From positions 34,534,001 to 34,598,000 of the forward strand of contig NW_025963890.1 of assembly GCF_023055435.1 (NCBI RefSeq): a DNA stretch of 64,000 nt, read 5' to 3'. Below, one piece after another: positions 13,234 through 24,601 of this stretch. A model generated the notes under the pieces. It had not been told where the DNA came from. It worked only from the letters and a program-made list of their open reading frames with translations, and searched no databases. The translations under genes and the position numbers were made by a program. How positions within the stretch are numbered: position 1 is the first letter of the stretch; each line of letters opens with the position of its first letter. The DNA is from Haliotis rufescens (Eukaryota).

Positions 13234-15656
13234 ATGGACCTAATTTGGATTATGTACTTCTGTCTAACTCTTGTTCTTGCTCAAGATGACAAAGTGACCG
13301 GAAGTAAAGGTACGTAAGCGTTTAACCCATGTCACTATATTTCAAATACACATATAAATATTTATGTCTGCATGATTTCCTTTCAATGCTTTGACGAAGA
13401 CATACACCAGTCACATTTAAATATTGAGTAACAGATGAGTAACAGTTTACTTGTTCTCTGTCAAGTATCAATATATCACGCGAACCTATTTTACTCTTGT
13501 TTATTTCAGGAACTGTGAATGACAACCTGATAGCGCCAGCACAAGACACCACTACTGTCCGAGGTAGGTCAGTAGGTTTCCGGGATCAACATTAGGGATG
13601 TCATTTGAACAGAATTGGTTAGCAATATGACTAGATGTAACGTCACACGCTCTGATTGATATTATGGTACCAAATGTCAATGTAGTGATAAATGTTAAGA
13701 CACTAAATGCAACAGAGATACTGGCACTTGTCTTGGTGGTTGCCAGACAGGTTACTTTGGAATAACTTGTGGTAGAAAGAGAGCAACCATTTGATTTTAG
13801 TATGAGATCAGCATTATTTCTAAATGTTTCGGAGATCAATCTTTTTTTCCAACATAAACAGGTGCTCAAATTATTTAAATATATATATATTTTTTAAAAA
13901 CACTTTAATATAGTCACATCTACAGGATGGTTAGCTCTCTCTCTCTTTTTTTTGGCATCCGTTGAGCTCGGGAGTCCATGAATCCGCGCCCGTGTTGAAG
14001 TAAGGTCTTTGGCACTGGCAGAGCAGCCCCTGTGGCGGTTGTACAGGCTTACTCCGGAATGGCAGTCGCTGAGAGATGGCGTCCGTTGGCGCTGTACTCT
14101 TCGTTGGCGCTGGTCTTCCGCTCAGCCGGTTTTTCCTAGAAGACTTGCTGCAGCTTGGCCTCGCCTCTCTTGAGTCCTCTGCTGATCATGACGTCCTGCA
14201 CGTCCTGCCTCAATCGCCTGCAGACGGCGGCGCGTTCCTCCCATCGCTCCACGTCCATGTCCGCTTGCAGACGTCTTTGAAGGGGGGGGGGGGGGATAGG
14301 GACGTCCATGTGCCTTTTAGACAGAGGCGAACTTATTCGGGGTCCTCCCGTCCTCCATGCGGCGGACGTGGCCGAGCCAGCGAAGACGGCGTTGTTAGAG
14401 CAACGGAGGTTCAGGGGAGCAGGGAGAGAACTTCAATGTTTGTGACACTACTGCTGATTTTGACGATGCGCCAGGCTGCGCTAGTGAAAGGCGTTGAAAA
14501 TATTTTCTTGTCTGGAGAAGAGGGTCCAAAACTCGCTGTCGTACAGCAATTTGCTGACGTCACACATTCTCTTCGTCAATTTTGTGAGGACGGAAGACGC
14601 TTTGCCGACCCGCCTGTTGATCTGAGCATCCACGGGCAGATTGTGTGCGACGGGGGAGCCGAGGTAGGTGGACTTATATTCAGTTGTGCCTTGACATAAA
14701 TGTTCTGGCTTGGTATATTTCAGAACCCGAACCCGAACGTTCTTGCACAGCAGAGATACTCGCTGCTTTTTGGGGGTCAGTTGGAATGTTCATTCTACTT
14801 GCAGGAGCTGCAGTGATCATGTATAGGTAAGTCAGGCCAGTGCACATTAACACTGGATGAAGAGATATACTTAAATGATGTAATTCAATTTTAATTTCAA
14901 TCCCATGACTACCTGCAGTAACGCTCCTTTGCATATCAATTATGATGAAAGTAAATGTATGAATATATGACTGTACTTGCATTTGTCAAAGCATGTGTGT
15001 GTAGTTTTGTATGTGTGCGCGCGCATACGCTTTGCTTATCTTCCAATTATGATAAACATTGTTGTTCCCACAGGAATCGAATGCTTACTTCCATTGGGAA
15101 AAGGAGAAAAAAGGGATTAGATACACTGTTCGACGACACTTCCTCTCCTATGCGACCTCCGTCCAGGGCCCATCGAGAATCCATGTTAAGTGGCTATGCT
15201 GACGTAATGAGCATCGACACTGCCTGTCACTATCGTCGTGTCAGCAGAAGTCTTGGCAGTATCAACTTTAGAACGTTCAGAGCGAGCACCGTGAAGGGTT
15301 CTACTCTGTACAATACTAAAAGAAGTAAAATGAGCACAAACGCCGCAGTGGACATTACCATATCAGTGGAGCCCCCACAATTTAAAATATACGATCAGCA
15401 ATCGTATTGGTTGGGCACGGAGACGGACTTTGAAGACGTCTACAAAAGTTCCCCAAAGAAAAGGGCAACTCTTCGCAGATACTATGCAGGTCTTCAGGAG
15501 GACACCCGTACGGATAAAGATGAAGAGGATACAGCATCGGAGGAACCACGGGGAGCCACTGGGACGCAGACTCACTGTGCATCAAGGGATGTACGAAGCA
15601 AATTTCTTTACATCTCCCCTGTGTTTAACGAAAAAAATGCAGAATCAAAGACATGA
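13234..15656 (+). CDS. G2: paralog of G1 with degenerate EGF exon; predicted ectodomain-less membrane protein, about 271 aa (or a pseudogene)
   Basis: Exons 13234-13309 (signal MDLIWIMYFCLTLVLA), 13510-13563 (short exon ending at GAG|GTAGGT), 14724-14826 (TM ILAAFWGSVGMFILLAGAAVIMY), 15074-15656 (stop-free tail aligning to G1: GLDTLF, GSINxRT, WLGxETDF, YISxVFNE). 816 nt in frame. Confidence 0.65.
13564..13790 (+). pseudogene. Decayed remainder of the G2 EGF exon
   Basis: Reads CNVTRSD*YYGTKCQCSDKC*DTKCNRDTGTCLGGCQTGYFGITC with TGA at 13657 and TAA at 13696, in a different frame from the exon start, whose own frame hits TAG at 13593. Confidence 0.85.
13934..14690 (-). mobile_element. RTE-clade LINE, 5'-truncated and decayed, in G2 intron
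   Basis: Minus-strand translation gives RTE C-terminal motifs TYLGS, NAFH, RWLGHVRRMEDGR, FKDVCKR, DCHS; 3' end followed by an A/(GA)n tail; GC-richer than flanks. Confidence 0.8.
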
Positions 15657-16361
15657 AAACACTTTCATTGATAATATTCGGTAAATCAGGACAAAGTGTC
15701 GGCAGTCACTGAGTATGAATATCTTCATCTGTAAGTGTCAGAAAATCTTAACTATCAACTTATTGTGCATATACCTGGTGACTGGAGACATACGTTACTG
15801 TCTAAATGACGAATTGTACTCTTTACGTCATCAAAGACAAAGACAACATGTGCGATATGTTTCGATATCAAGTATTGTATGGACTGTAATAATCTATTAG
15901 TGATCGTGGCACGCATGTGGTGTGATGTTAATGATTAGCGTAGTGCGTCGCCGTTCTAATATCACAGGCTAGAGAGCAATGACTCTTTTGCTGTCTCTTT
16001 ATTGTCAGTATAGCACCCCCTCGTTAGTCTCCAAGTTATCTCGGAGAAAGTCAACCTTAACCTCTAGGTTTTTCATGCATGTTTTCTCATGCGAACTACC
16101 AACTGTATCGAGCTATATTCTTAAAATGAGTATTTAGGATTATTGTATTAAATAAACACTCCGTGTAAATACATATTCAGCTTACATAAAATGTTCCATT
16201 ATTAATTATGTCATAAAGAACATATTTGTAAATAATTTATTCTATGGATTATACGATGAGCTAACATGTACAAGCCTCAGTGTATACATTAAAGTTGAGT
16301 AATTTATAGATATTGCACTTCTGTTGCGACGTGCATGTACATGTAATTACATGTATGTACG

Positions 16362-16382
16362 TGTGTCTGTGTGTGTGCGTGT

Positions 16383-16423
<41 letters not shown>

Positions 16424-16437
16424 CGTGCGTGTGTGCG
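16362..16437. repeat. (TG)n/(TGCG)n microsatellite
   Basis: Directly visible. Confidence 0.95.
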
Positions 16438-16572
16438 TACATGCCGGTGTACGTGCGTTCGTACGCGCATTAGGCATCTTGAGATACCATGCCGCAGTTT
16501 AACATGGATACCCAACTCAGACACAGAATTCTGACTCCGCGGTGAGCTCAATTATAATGCAAGTACTTTAGA

Positions 16573-16824
16573 GTGGCCCAGACGTCTAAGGCGCCGCGAT
16601 TCGCTGTGCAGAGTTGCGTCCCTTGGTTCGAATCCCGGATCGCCCCGATTATGTTTCTAGGTTTGTCGGCACCATACCCGTGCTCGTTGGCTTCCCCGAA
16701 GTGGTAAACGTCTGAGACCTGCATCACTTCGGGCTTTTCTCCCACATTAAGCTGACACGCCGCGATATATATCATGTAATACTGTTCAAAGCGGCTCTAA
16801 ACCCAATTCACTAACTCACCCACT
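16573..16824 (+). mobile_element. SINE family A (short internal deletion)
   Basis: GTGGCCCAGACGTCTAAGGCGCCGCG ... GGTTCGAATCCC ... (ACTC)n; TSD CAAGTACTT. Confidence 0.85.
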
Positions 16825-17308
16825 CAAGTACTTCATCGCGATCGGCTTGGTGTGATGAAACCAAGGAGCTTCCGCCCTCCGGGCAGGCGTTATGGCTCAA
16901 GCACGAAGGCGGCGCTCTATACAATACATGACCCAAATGTGTAATCTGTAATTGTCCTGACTTTACTTTGGTGTCTCCTGTTTAAGAGGAATATAGACAT
17001 CGGTTTGTAAGCCAGGTTTTGATTATCATGGGTTCGAAATTCAAGATACTCTCTGATAATCTAAATCTTGGTTTCTAAGCACCATTCCGTGCTTACGGGT
17101 CCCACCAGTAGTGATCAGCGTCTACTCACTGTCATCGCATATTGCATGCAGCATCGGAATATTGCTGAATGCGGCCTTAAACCAATAGTGGAGATCTAGA
17201 CTGGCTTAAACCGGTGTTACATCATGTAAATCGTTTATATTCGTCTAACAGTATATTTTTTAGCTTTATAAGTTTATTATGTTAACATTTTTCTTCATTG
17301 GACTCTGA

Positions 17309-17577
17309 CCCGTGAAGATGCGGGGTAGAATGGGTCTTCAGCAATCCATGCATGACGTAAAAGGCGACCATGCTTGTTGTAAGAGGCGACTAACGGGATC
17401 GGATGGTCAGGCTTGCTGACTTGGTTAATGCATGTCATCGTATCCAAATTGCGTGGATCACGCGATGCTCGTTTTGTCAATCCCTGGATTGTCGGGTCCA
17501 GACTCGATTATTTACAGACCGCCGTCATATAGCTGGAATATTGCTGAGTGCGGCATTAAACAACAGGAAACAAAACA
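17309..17577 (+). mobile_element. SINE-like retroposon family C
   Basis: CCCGTGAAGAT ... TAAGAGGCGACTAACGGG ... GCTGGAATATTGCTGAGTGCGGC-(AAAC)n; homologous copies at 30767, 34564, 47105, 58554. Confidence 0.85.
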
Positions 17578-17588
17578 TCAAAGGACTT

Positions 17589-17849
17589 GACCGCCTCCGT
17601 GGTCTAGTCGTAGAGCGTCTCCCCGGAGAGCGGAAGGTCCGGGGTTAGATTCTCGGCCGATACATACTAAAAAACGTTAAAAGATGGTACTTGCCTGTCC
17701 GGCGCTCGGCATTAAGGGGCTAGAACAAGGACTGGTCGACTTGGAGTCGGAATTCTGTGTTTGAGTATTCCTGTTAAACTGCGGCATGGTATCTCAGTGG
17801 GCTAGCACTATAAAAGGAGCATTAGTCCGGACTAATACAAGCAGCCACA

Positions 17850-17929
<80 letters not shown>
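17589..17929 (+). mobile_element. tRNA-derived SINE family D with (CA)n tail
   Basis: Head GACCGCCTCCGTGGTCTAGTCG (A box-like), central CTCAGTGGGCTAGCACTATAAAA, (CA)n at 17854-17929. Confidence 0.8.
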
Positions 17930-17932
<3 letters not shown>

Positions 17933-20218
17933 GCATGCACGTCGCGATACAAGTGCAATAATTTTGGACGCGACGATAAACCTCATTTCACCTCTCCTCA
18001 CTTTCATAGAACTCTGGTTTCAATACGACATGCTTATACGCACATAATACAAGTATGTCCTCCAGAATATATTAAATGATCTAACTTAACTAAACCTATT
18101 GTAAAAACGCTACGCTATTTCTTACTGTTAAACATGTCACTTTTTAAGTTCCTTGACGCTGATTTTGTTAATCCTCTCATAACAGGCGTACAACATTGTA
18201 AATCTGAATGTTTTGAAAATACTTAAATGCACTATTTCACATACGTCCAACTTTTCTATAATTGTTTTCGTAGGTTCTAATTTAAGGCGTCTTTCTGTAG
18301 GTCAATCAGACGCTCATTTACGGACAGGTGTGGCATTTCGTAATGTTGAATAATTGCGTAATTTTGTTGTTTTTCTGAGTGGCTGTTGTCAGCACGATGC
18401 TAAACAATGCATATGGAATCCCGTAAACGCACATGTTTTTATACCCATTCTTGGGTTGTGAAATGCATGGGGCTTGCATAAAAATCAACTTTTTCATGGA
18501 ATGCATGCTTTTCTGTAGCAGTTGCGTTTTTTTGTGACTTGATTCCATACATGTACTACAATAATGAAAACCAAACTTTACTTGTTTGAAAAATACACTA
18601 AATAATTGGTGTCACAGGAACTTTTGTTGTTGAGTGTATGTATTCTATATTTGAACAATGAGGACAATGCTTAATGGCAGTGTATATCCTGTTCCCAACA
18701 GCAGGATCAATGTCAGTACAGAATATCCTTGCATCCCTCATGGTATTCCAACTCAGGCACCTCCACACATCGAAACACTCCTATACTATGCCGGTGTTGT
18801 GCAATACATACCATGAAAAAAACAAATATAGAGCCCGGCTTACTCATATCAAACACATGTACAAACACAAGATAATTTCAAATTAGTCAATTAATCAACA
18901 CCTTAGCAATGATAACAATAACATCAATAATATTAATTAAAAAATAATACACTTCCTGACAAAAGAAAGTATACACTCATGTTTGATGGTGGCTAAAACT
19001 AAGACAAATAATAAATGGTTATTCGATGGTGATATTATTGATAAGTTTGCAGTATTTCGGCGACTGTTTTCATCCCAGTAATCTTTGGATGACATTTGTC
19101 ATGTGATGTCCCGAATCCACCCACCGATTCATGCACTAAGAGCTACCTCATTATGTCCCTGGTAAAACACAGCTGGGGAGAAAACCACACAAGCTGCCTG
19201 AGGAGGTACTAGAAGGTTTAAATCCAGATAACCATCTCATCCTACCGGGTAACCCTTCATTGCTGGGTGGACTGAGTGAACAAAGTCACTTGACTTAGTG
19301 TGGGGCGTGACCGAAGCCTCATAAACCCTCAGGAGTCCAGCTTGTCGAACACGGTCACCACAACTCTACATCTCCACAACCAACGTCGCCTGATTTGCAA
19401 CATGTGCGCTGTCCACAGGACCCCATGCCACGTCCCTCTTACCATCCCAAACAACAGGAAAAACAGAATGGTTGCCCAGGAAATATTGTATATAAACACG
19501 ATTTACCATTTATTACTGTCCTATGACATTCAATGTTTCATGATGTTCACGGACATTAACTGTTTCGGTAATATATCACCGGTTTAATTTCTCCCCTAAA
19601 ACATAACATACGTAGATGGTACTTGACGACAAATGATGCAGGTCATATTCATGCAGTTATACACGCGTTTATAACGAAAACAGATTTTCTTTGTATTCCC
19701 TGGAAAATTTCTTATAGGGGCAACCCACCCGAGTATTGGGTAGTGCAGGTTATGTCAGCCTTACATTGTAAACGCACAGAGTCACGACAATGAGTACTGA
19801 GTCATGGTGGTAGATATGCAGACATGTACTCGTATATATATAACCTCTGCTCAGAAAACTGATCTAATTTTATACATGACTACATTCAATCGCTAGCAAT
19901 GGCCGACGCCAAGCCGATAACACTTGGACGTTAGACAACACCACCCGGCCTGTAAGTTTACAGTAGCATAATGGACTACCTGTTTGTATCACACATTTCA
20001 TACGGTATTTATTGTATCAACATAATGTATCCCCATAATCATCATCATCATAAAACTCGGGCTTGACTTCTATGGTGTCTGTATCTTCTGCTCTCGGCAC
20101 ATGTCACAACAAGTAACATGCATACTATCGGTAACAAGTAGATGTCCCTGTGTGTTCTTAACGGTTAAGTTATTATTTTATTTGTATTCCAAAGTACTTA
20201 TTTATATTTTCAGATGCC

Positions 20219-22278
20219 ATGAGGGGTCAATGTTGCATGCACGTACTTGGAGTGGTAAGTTAGGTATTTGTTTCTAATCTATACGATGGATATACATGTA
20301 AGTTTGTTGTCTGTACGTGTTTTTTTCTAATGCTGCACTCGGCAATATTCCAGTTTTGTGACGGCGGTCTAAATAGTCGAATCTGGATCAGACAATCCAG
20401 TAACCATGAATCTATGCAATTAGCTAGTAAACGATGATATTCATCAACCCTGTCACCAAGTCACCCGATCTTTACTGAGGCAACAATAAAGTGGAGGTCG
20501 GATGACAATAGCGCATGTTTGTTGTTTTTTCACTCTCGCAATGTTTTACTCTGCCATTCATCGTGCTCTTACGTTTTTACTTCTTTTGATGAAACAAATG
20601 ATTATATACCTGATGTAATGGGTTTTGCAGAGTGTAATGGTGGGATTGGGATCTCTGTTGATACAAGCAAGTGAGTATTACATAATTATCATTGTCACAT
20701 ATTGTATTCTTTATGATCAGGAATCACTGTAAAGGTTTCATTAACACTCCTATGTGTATCACTGCTATATGATATTCCAAGAGTTCATTAAAGCAAAAAC
20801 AATATCGAATATTAATGTCCTGAAAACTATGTATGTTTCATAAATAAGTAACTGCTGTCATAACAGATGAGTCCTGCAACGAGAGATGTTCCTATTGTGT
20901 GGGGACGAAGTGTCGGGAATGCCTCTACGGCTGGTATGGACGCGATTGTAATGAAAAATGTAGTGAGTTTTGCTGGCATGGTGGATGTGAGAGGATAACA
21001 GGACGGTGTCACCAGTGTGTTCCTGGGAGACACTCTGGCTACTGCAACCAACTCTGCTCACACCACTGCAGGGAGAATAGCAAGGGTCAGGTCAACTGTG
21101 ACTTATCAACTGGAAACTGTTTGGAGGACTGCGTAGAGGGAAGATGGGGTCCACGATGCCAGCACAGATGTCATGCAAACTGTAAAGATGAACTTTGCTA
21201 CAAAGAAGATGGAGGATGTCTGAAAGGCTGCCTTGATGGACTGTATGGCGTCAAGTGTAAAAAGCAATGTTCAGAAGGTTGTTTGAGCAGCACGTGTGAA
21301 TGGTTGACTGGTAAATGTAACCAAGGATGTAAGGTTGGTTTCCTTGGCTCCACCTGTTCGTACCCCATGACTAGACACTGTCTGAACCAGGCTTACTATG
21401 CAGAGCATCATACCATGGCGTGTACCGATGGATGTGAAGATGGTTACACTTCAGCAAGTTGCAACGAAACATGTAATACCAGATGTCTTAAATGTCATCA
21501 GTATTCACAGACATGTCAGTTATGTATGTCTGGATTTTATGGAGACAAATGCCAACTTGAATGTCATACGAACTGTCAGGAATTGAACTGTGACATGTCT
21601 GGTCGATGTGACAGAGGGTGTAAACGAGGTTTCCGCGGTGGATATTGTAATGAAACCTGCCCATACAACTGTTTGGCATGTAGTCAACATTACAAGACTT
21701 GTACTGAGTGTAAAGTAGGGTATACTGGTGCTACGTGTACAGAGGTGGAGTCATACAACAAGTTAGACGTCACAGGTAATGATGCTACATATCTATTCTA
21801 AAATACATTGTTAACAAACCTTGGTGAAAACCTTAACTGAAAGAAGCGGAATTAGCGTCGATGTGCATACATAGTGTTAATACATTTGACGTGATACCGT
21901 TGGCTACAACAATAAAACAGATATACGGATTAACGAATCTTTGTCTCAGAGTATATCCTCTGTATACATTTAGATTTTCCCTGTACAAGCATTTCTGGAA
22001 ATTCGGGGTCCGGCATAATGAGGTTTACTGTGTAATGCTCTTTCTTAACAGTTCAGTATTACCATGTAACCCATTAAATGTTCAAGAGTAGTTACATGTT
22101 CTTGATAGTTCTCAGACTATATGAAAATCGCATGTAGCTATGCTTAACATCTATAACGTTTGTTTCAGTCAAAGTGTCTTGCCTCGTTTCAGATACGGTG
22201 TCACACAGCAAGGCCTGCATCTGGTTAACACTAACAATGTGGACTGTAACGTATCAGTTGTCCTCGTGCATAACGTGA
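20219..22278 (+). CDS. G3: multiple EGF-like domain protein, putatively GPI-anchored or secreted, about 356 aa
   Basis: Exons 20219-20254 and 20631-20670 (split signal MRGQCCMHVLGV/SVMVGLGSLLIQA), 20867-21775 (EGF-like repeats), 22193-22278 (DTVSHSKACIWLTLTMWTVTYQLSSCIT*). 1071 nt in frame; an alternative in-frame acceptor ends at 22168. Confidence 0.82.
20315..20470 (-). mobile_element. SINE family C, partial, in G3 intron
   Basis: GCACTCGGCAATATTCCAG ... GACGGCGGTCT ... CAGACAATCCAG matches the reverse complement of the family C 3' half. Confidence 0.65.
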
Positions 22279-22801
22279 AGGAACATTGGAACACGATCTT
22301 AGATGTTTAAATCAATCTTTGTGGACTCATCATCTGATGTGACGTGACAGTTCTTTTTGCTACCAACTTGATGTCTCGTTTCTCGTTTTTAGTTACAACG
22401 CTTTTCAATTTAGTACTCTGTAGAGTACAGCTGCCAGTTACATTTATTGTGACATCCTCTGTTGAGTGACCACTAAAAGGTAAAATAATATAATAGAATG
22501 AAATCGGACAACATGCTGCACACGCATTTATTATCACTTTCCAATAAAATAGTTTCCACTTAACTGAAGTGTGTTGTTCCTTTTTTCCTTCACCGCCTAC
22601 GTACACTCAACTTCACCACATTATTTTGCTTCGGAGGAGTTCCATGAAGTAACTTAATGGTGGCGTGACGGACAGGGAGAAACAATGAACCATTTATTAC
22701 ATTCTGGTGCCTTCCTTCTATTCTTTATCAACCATGAAGCTGTTAACATGTCAACGATTTTGAAATGTACAGAACACGTTTTAATCTTTCACTTTCAAAT
22801 G

Positions 22802-23049
22802 AGAGTGACTGAGTGAGTTGGGGTTAACGCCTCTTAACATTATTCCAATGTCAGCTTAATGTGTGAGGAAAACCCGAAGTGATGCAGGTCTCAGGCGTTT
22901 ACCACTTCGGTGAAACCCACGAGCACGGGTGTGGTGTTGACAAACCTAGAAACACAATCGGGGCGAACCGGGATTGGAACCCACAATCAAAGGGTTCTGG
23001 CGTGTCCAAGGATCGCAACTCTGCACAGCGAATCGTGGCCCCTTAGACA
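22802..23049 (-). mobile_element. SINE family A
   Basis: Aligns with the 3826 and 27100 copies; extreme 5' head missing. Confidence 0.85.
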
Positions 23050-24601
23050 TTGTACTGAAAGCAGAAGTATATAATTACAAGTATGCATATTTTGTATGTT
23101 TCACTAGTTGAGTTAGGGTTGTATGTGTTGGGCTGTAATAATGCGCATGCAATATCTCCCCGATATCGAAGGGCTGATTGAGTAATCATCGATGATGTAT
23201 GTCGAGCCGCATGGTGCATAAGTGTATCTCATGTTACATTAGATCCAAGGTCCATTTCCATCCATATTCCACATTAATGTCTAAGTTCTCGTCACGATAT
23301 GGCTGAAATATGGCCGATGTGACGTTAATGTTTTACTCACTCACTCACTCATTAAAAGGTCTAGTTGACAGGTGTTTGATGTGTACAAATCACGTAGATG
23401 AACCATGTCCCTATTGCATTCATGATTACTGCTACCGTTAATGCAGATCAGACATCATATCATTGTTTATGTGATTAACACATATACATGTTTTCATAAC
23501 AAAAGTACGCGACAGTTAACAATTATATATATATCGAAGTGTTTATTCATGGCACTCAAAGTATGCAGTGAATACGACAATACAACATGTTGTCGTCACA
23601 ATTTGTTGTAAATCTGTTGTAGAGTTGCGTCCCTTAGATGACGATATGGTGATATATGGGACGGGTGAAATGAGTGTCTTGACATGTGCTAGTAGTGTGT
23701 GGGGGAGTGCAGGGGTACAAACCTTCGCTCTTCACGATTCATTACACCGATACAAAGTGTGAAGTCCATTTCGGATGGTTGTCGCCTTGAAATTGCTGCA
23801 ATATTGCTAAAAGCGGCATAAAAAAAACATATTCATTCACTCTGGAATTATGCCCCCAGAAGATAAACAAGAGCGAAGGAAGATGTGAATGCTGCATATG
23901 AAAATCGTCGCAAACTGTTAAATCCATAGACATTGAGTAGGAAAGGTCCATACTCTTATGAAGTCACCTAAAACGAAAGTCTATTCGAATTCTGAATTGT
24001 TAAACACAAAACTCACTACTAAGTTCATTTTCTTTGGAAAGCAGATGACGATTCAGAAAGGTAGATCAGGTGCACAGGCTCTTTCATTTACAGGCCGTCG
24101 CCATGTAAAAAGAATATGGCTGAACAAAAAAAGGCGAAACATGAAACCCCACACTAGTGCAACATGTACCACGCACTCACAAACAAGTAATCTCTTTGCC
24201 TTCGATACAGGTCAATGCTGATGACACTTATCATTGAAGTTGTTGGAACGTTTCCAAGATGTGCATCAGAGATATATATTGCCCTGAATATGTCAATAAC
24301 AAGTGGACAACGTTGATATGTGTGACTCACAAGACTTTAACTGTAGGACATGCTGCCTCAGCTACAAGTGTACAATCTAGGTATACACAAGTGCTGTACG
24401 TGTGGTCTATATTTATACATGACTTCACGACTGTGTACTGTCGCCATTCATTCAAGGCTGGGAGCAATACACACCTCTGCTTGGTTGACAATGTGATACT
24501 TTTGCCACGAATCAAACTTATAGAGTCTTTATTCCATCCATTTCAAGGTCGACGTTGTCCTGGATCTCTGTCTTACGAGCTTATTGTGCTTTACAGATGC
24601 C

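Noticed and set aside
14076-14699. 207-aa GC-rich ORF as a G2 exon
   Set aside because: Antisense of an RTE LINE fragment.
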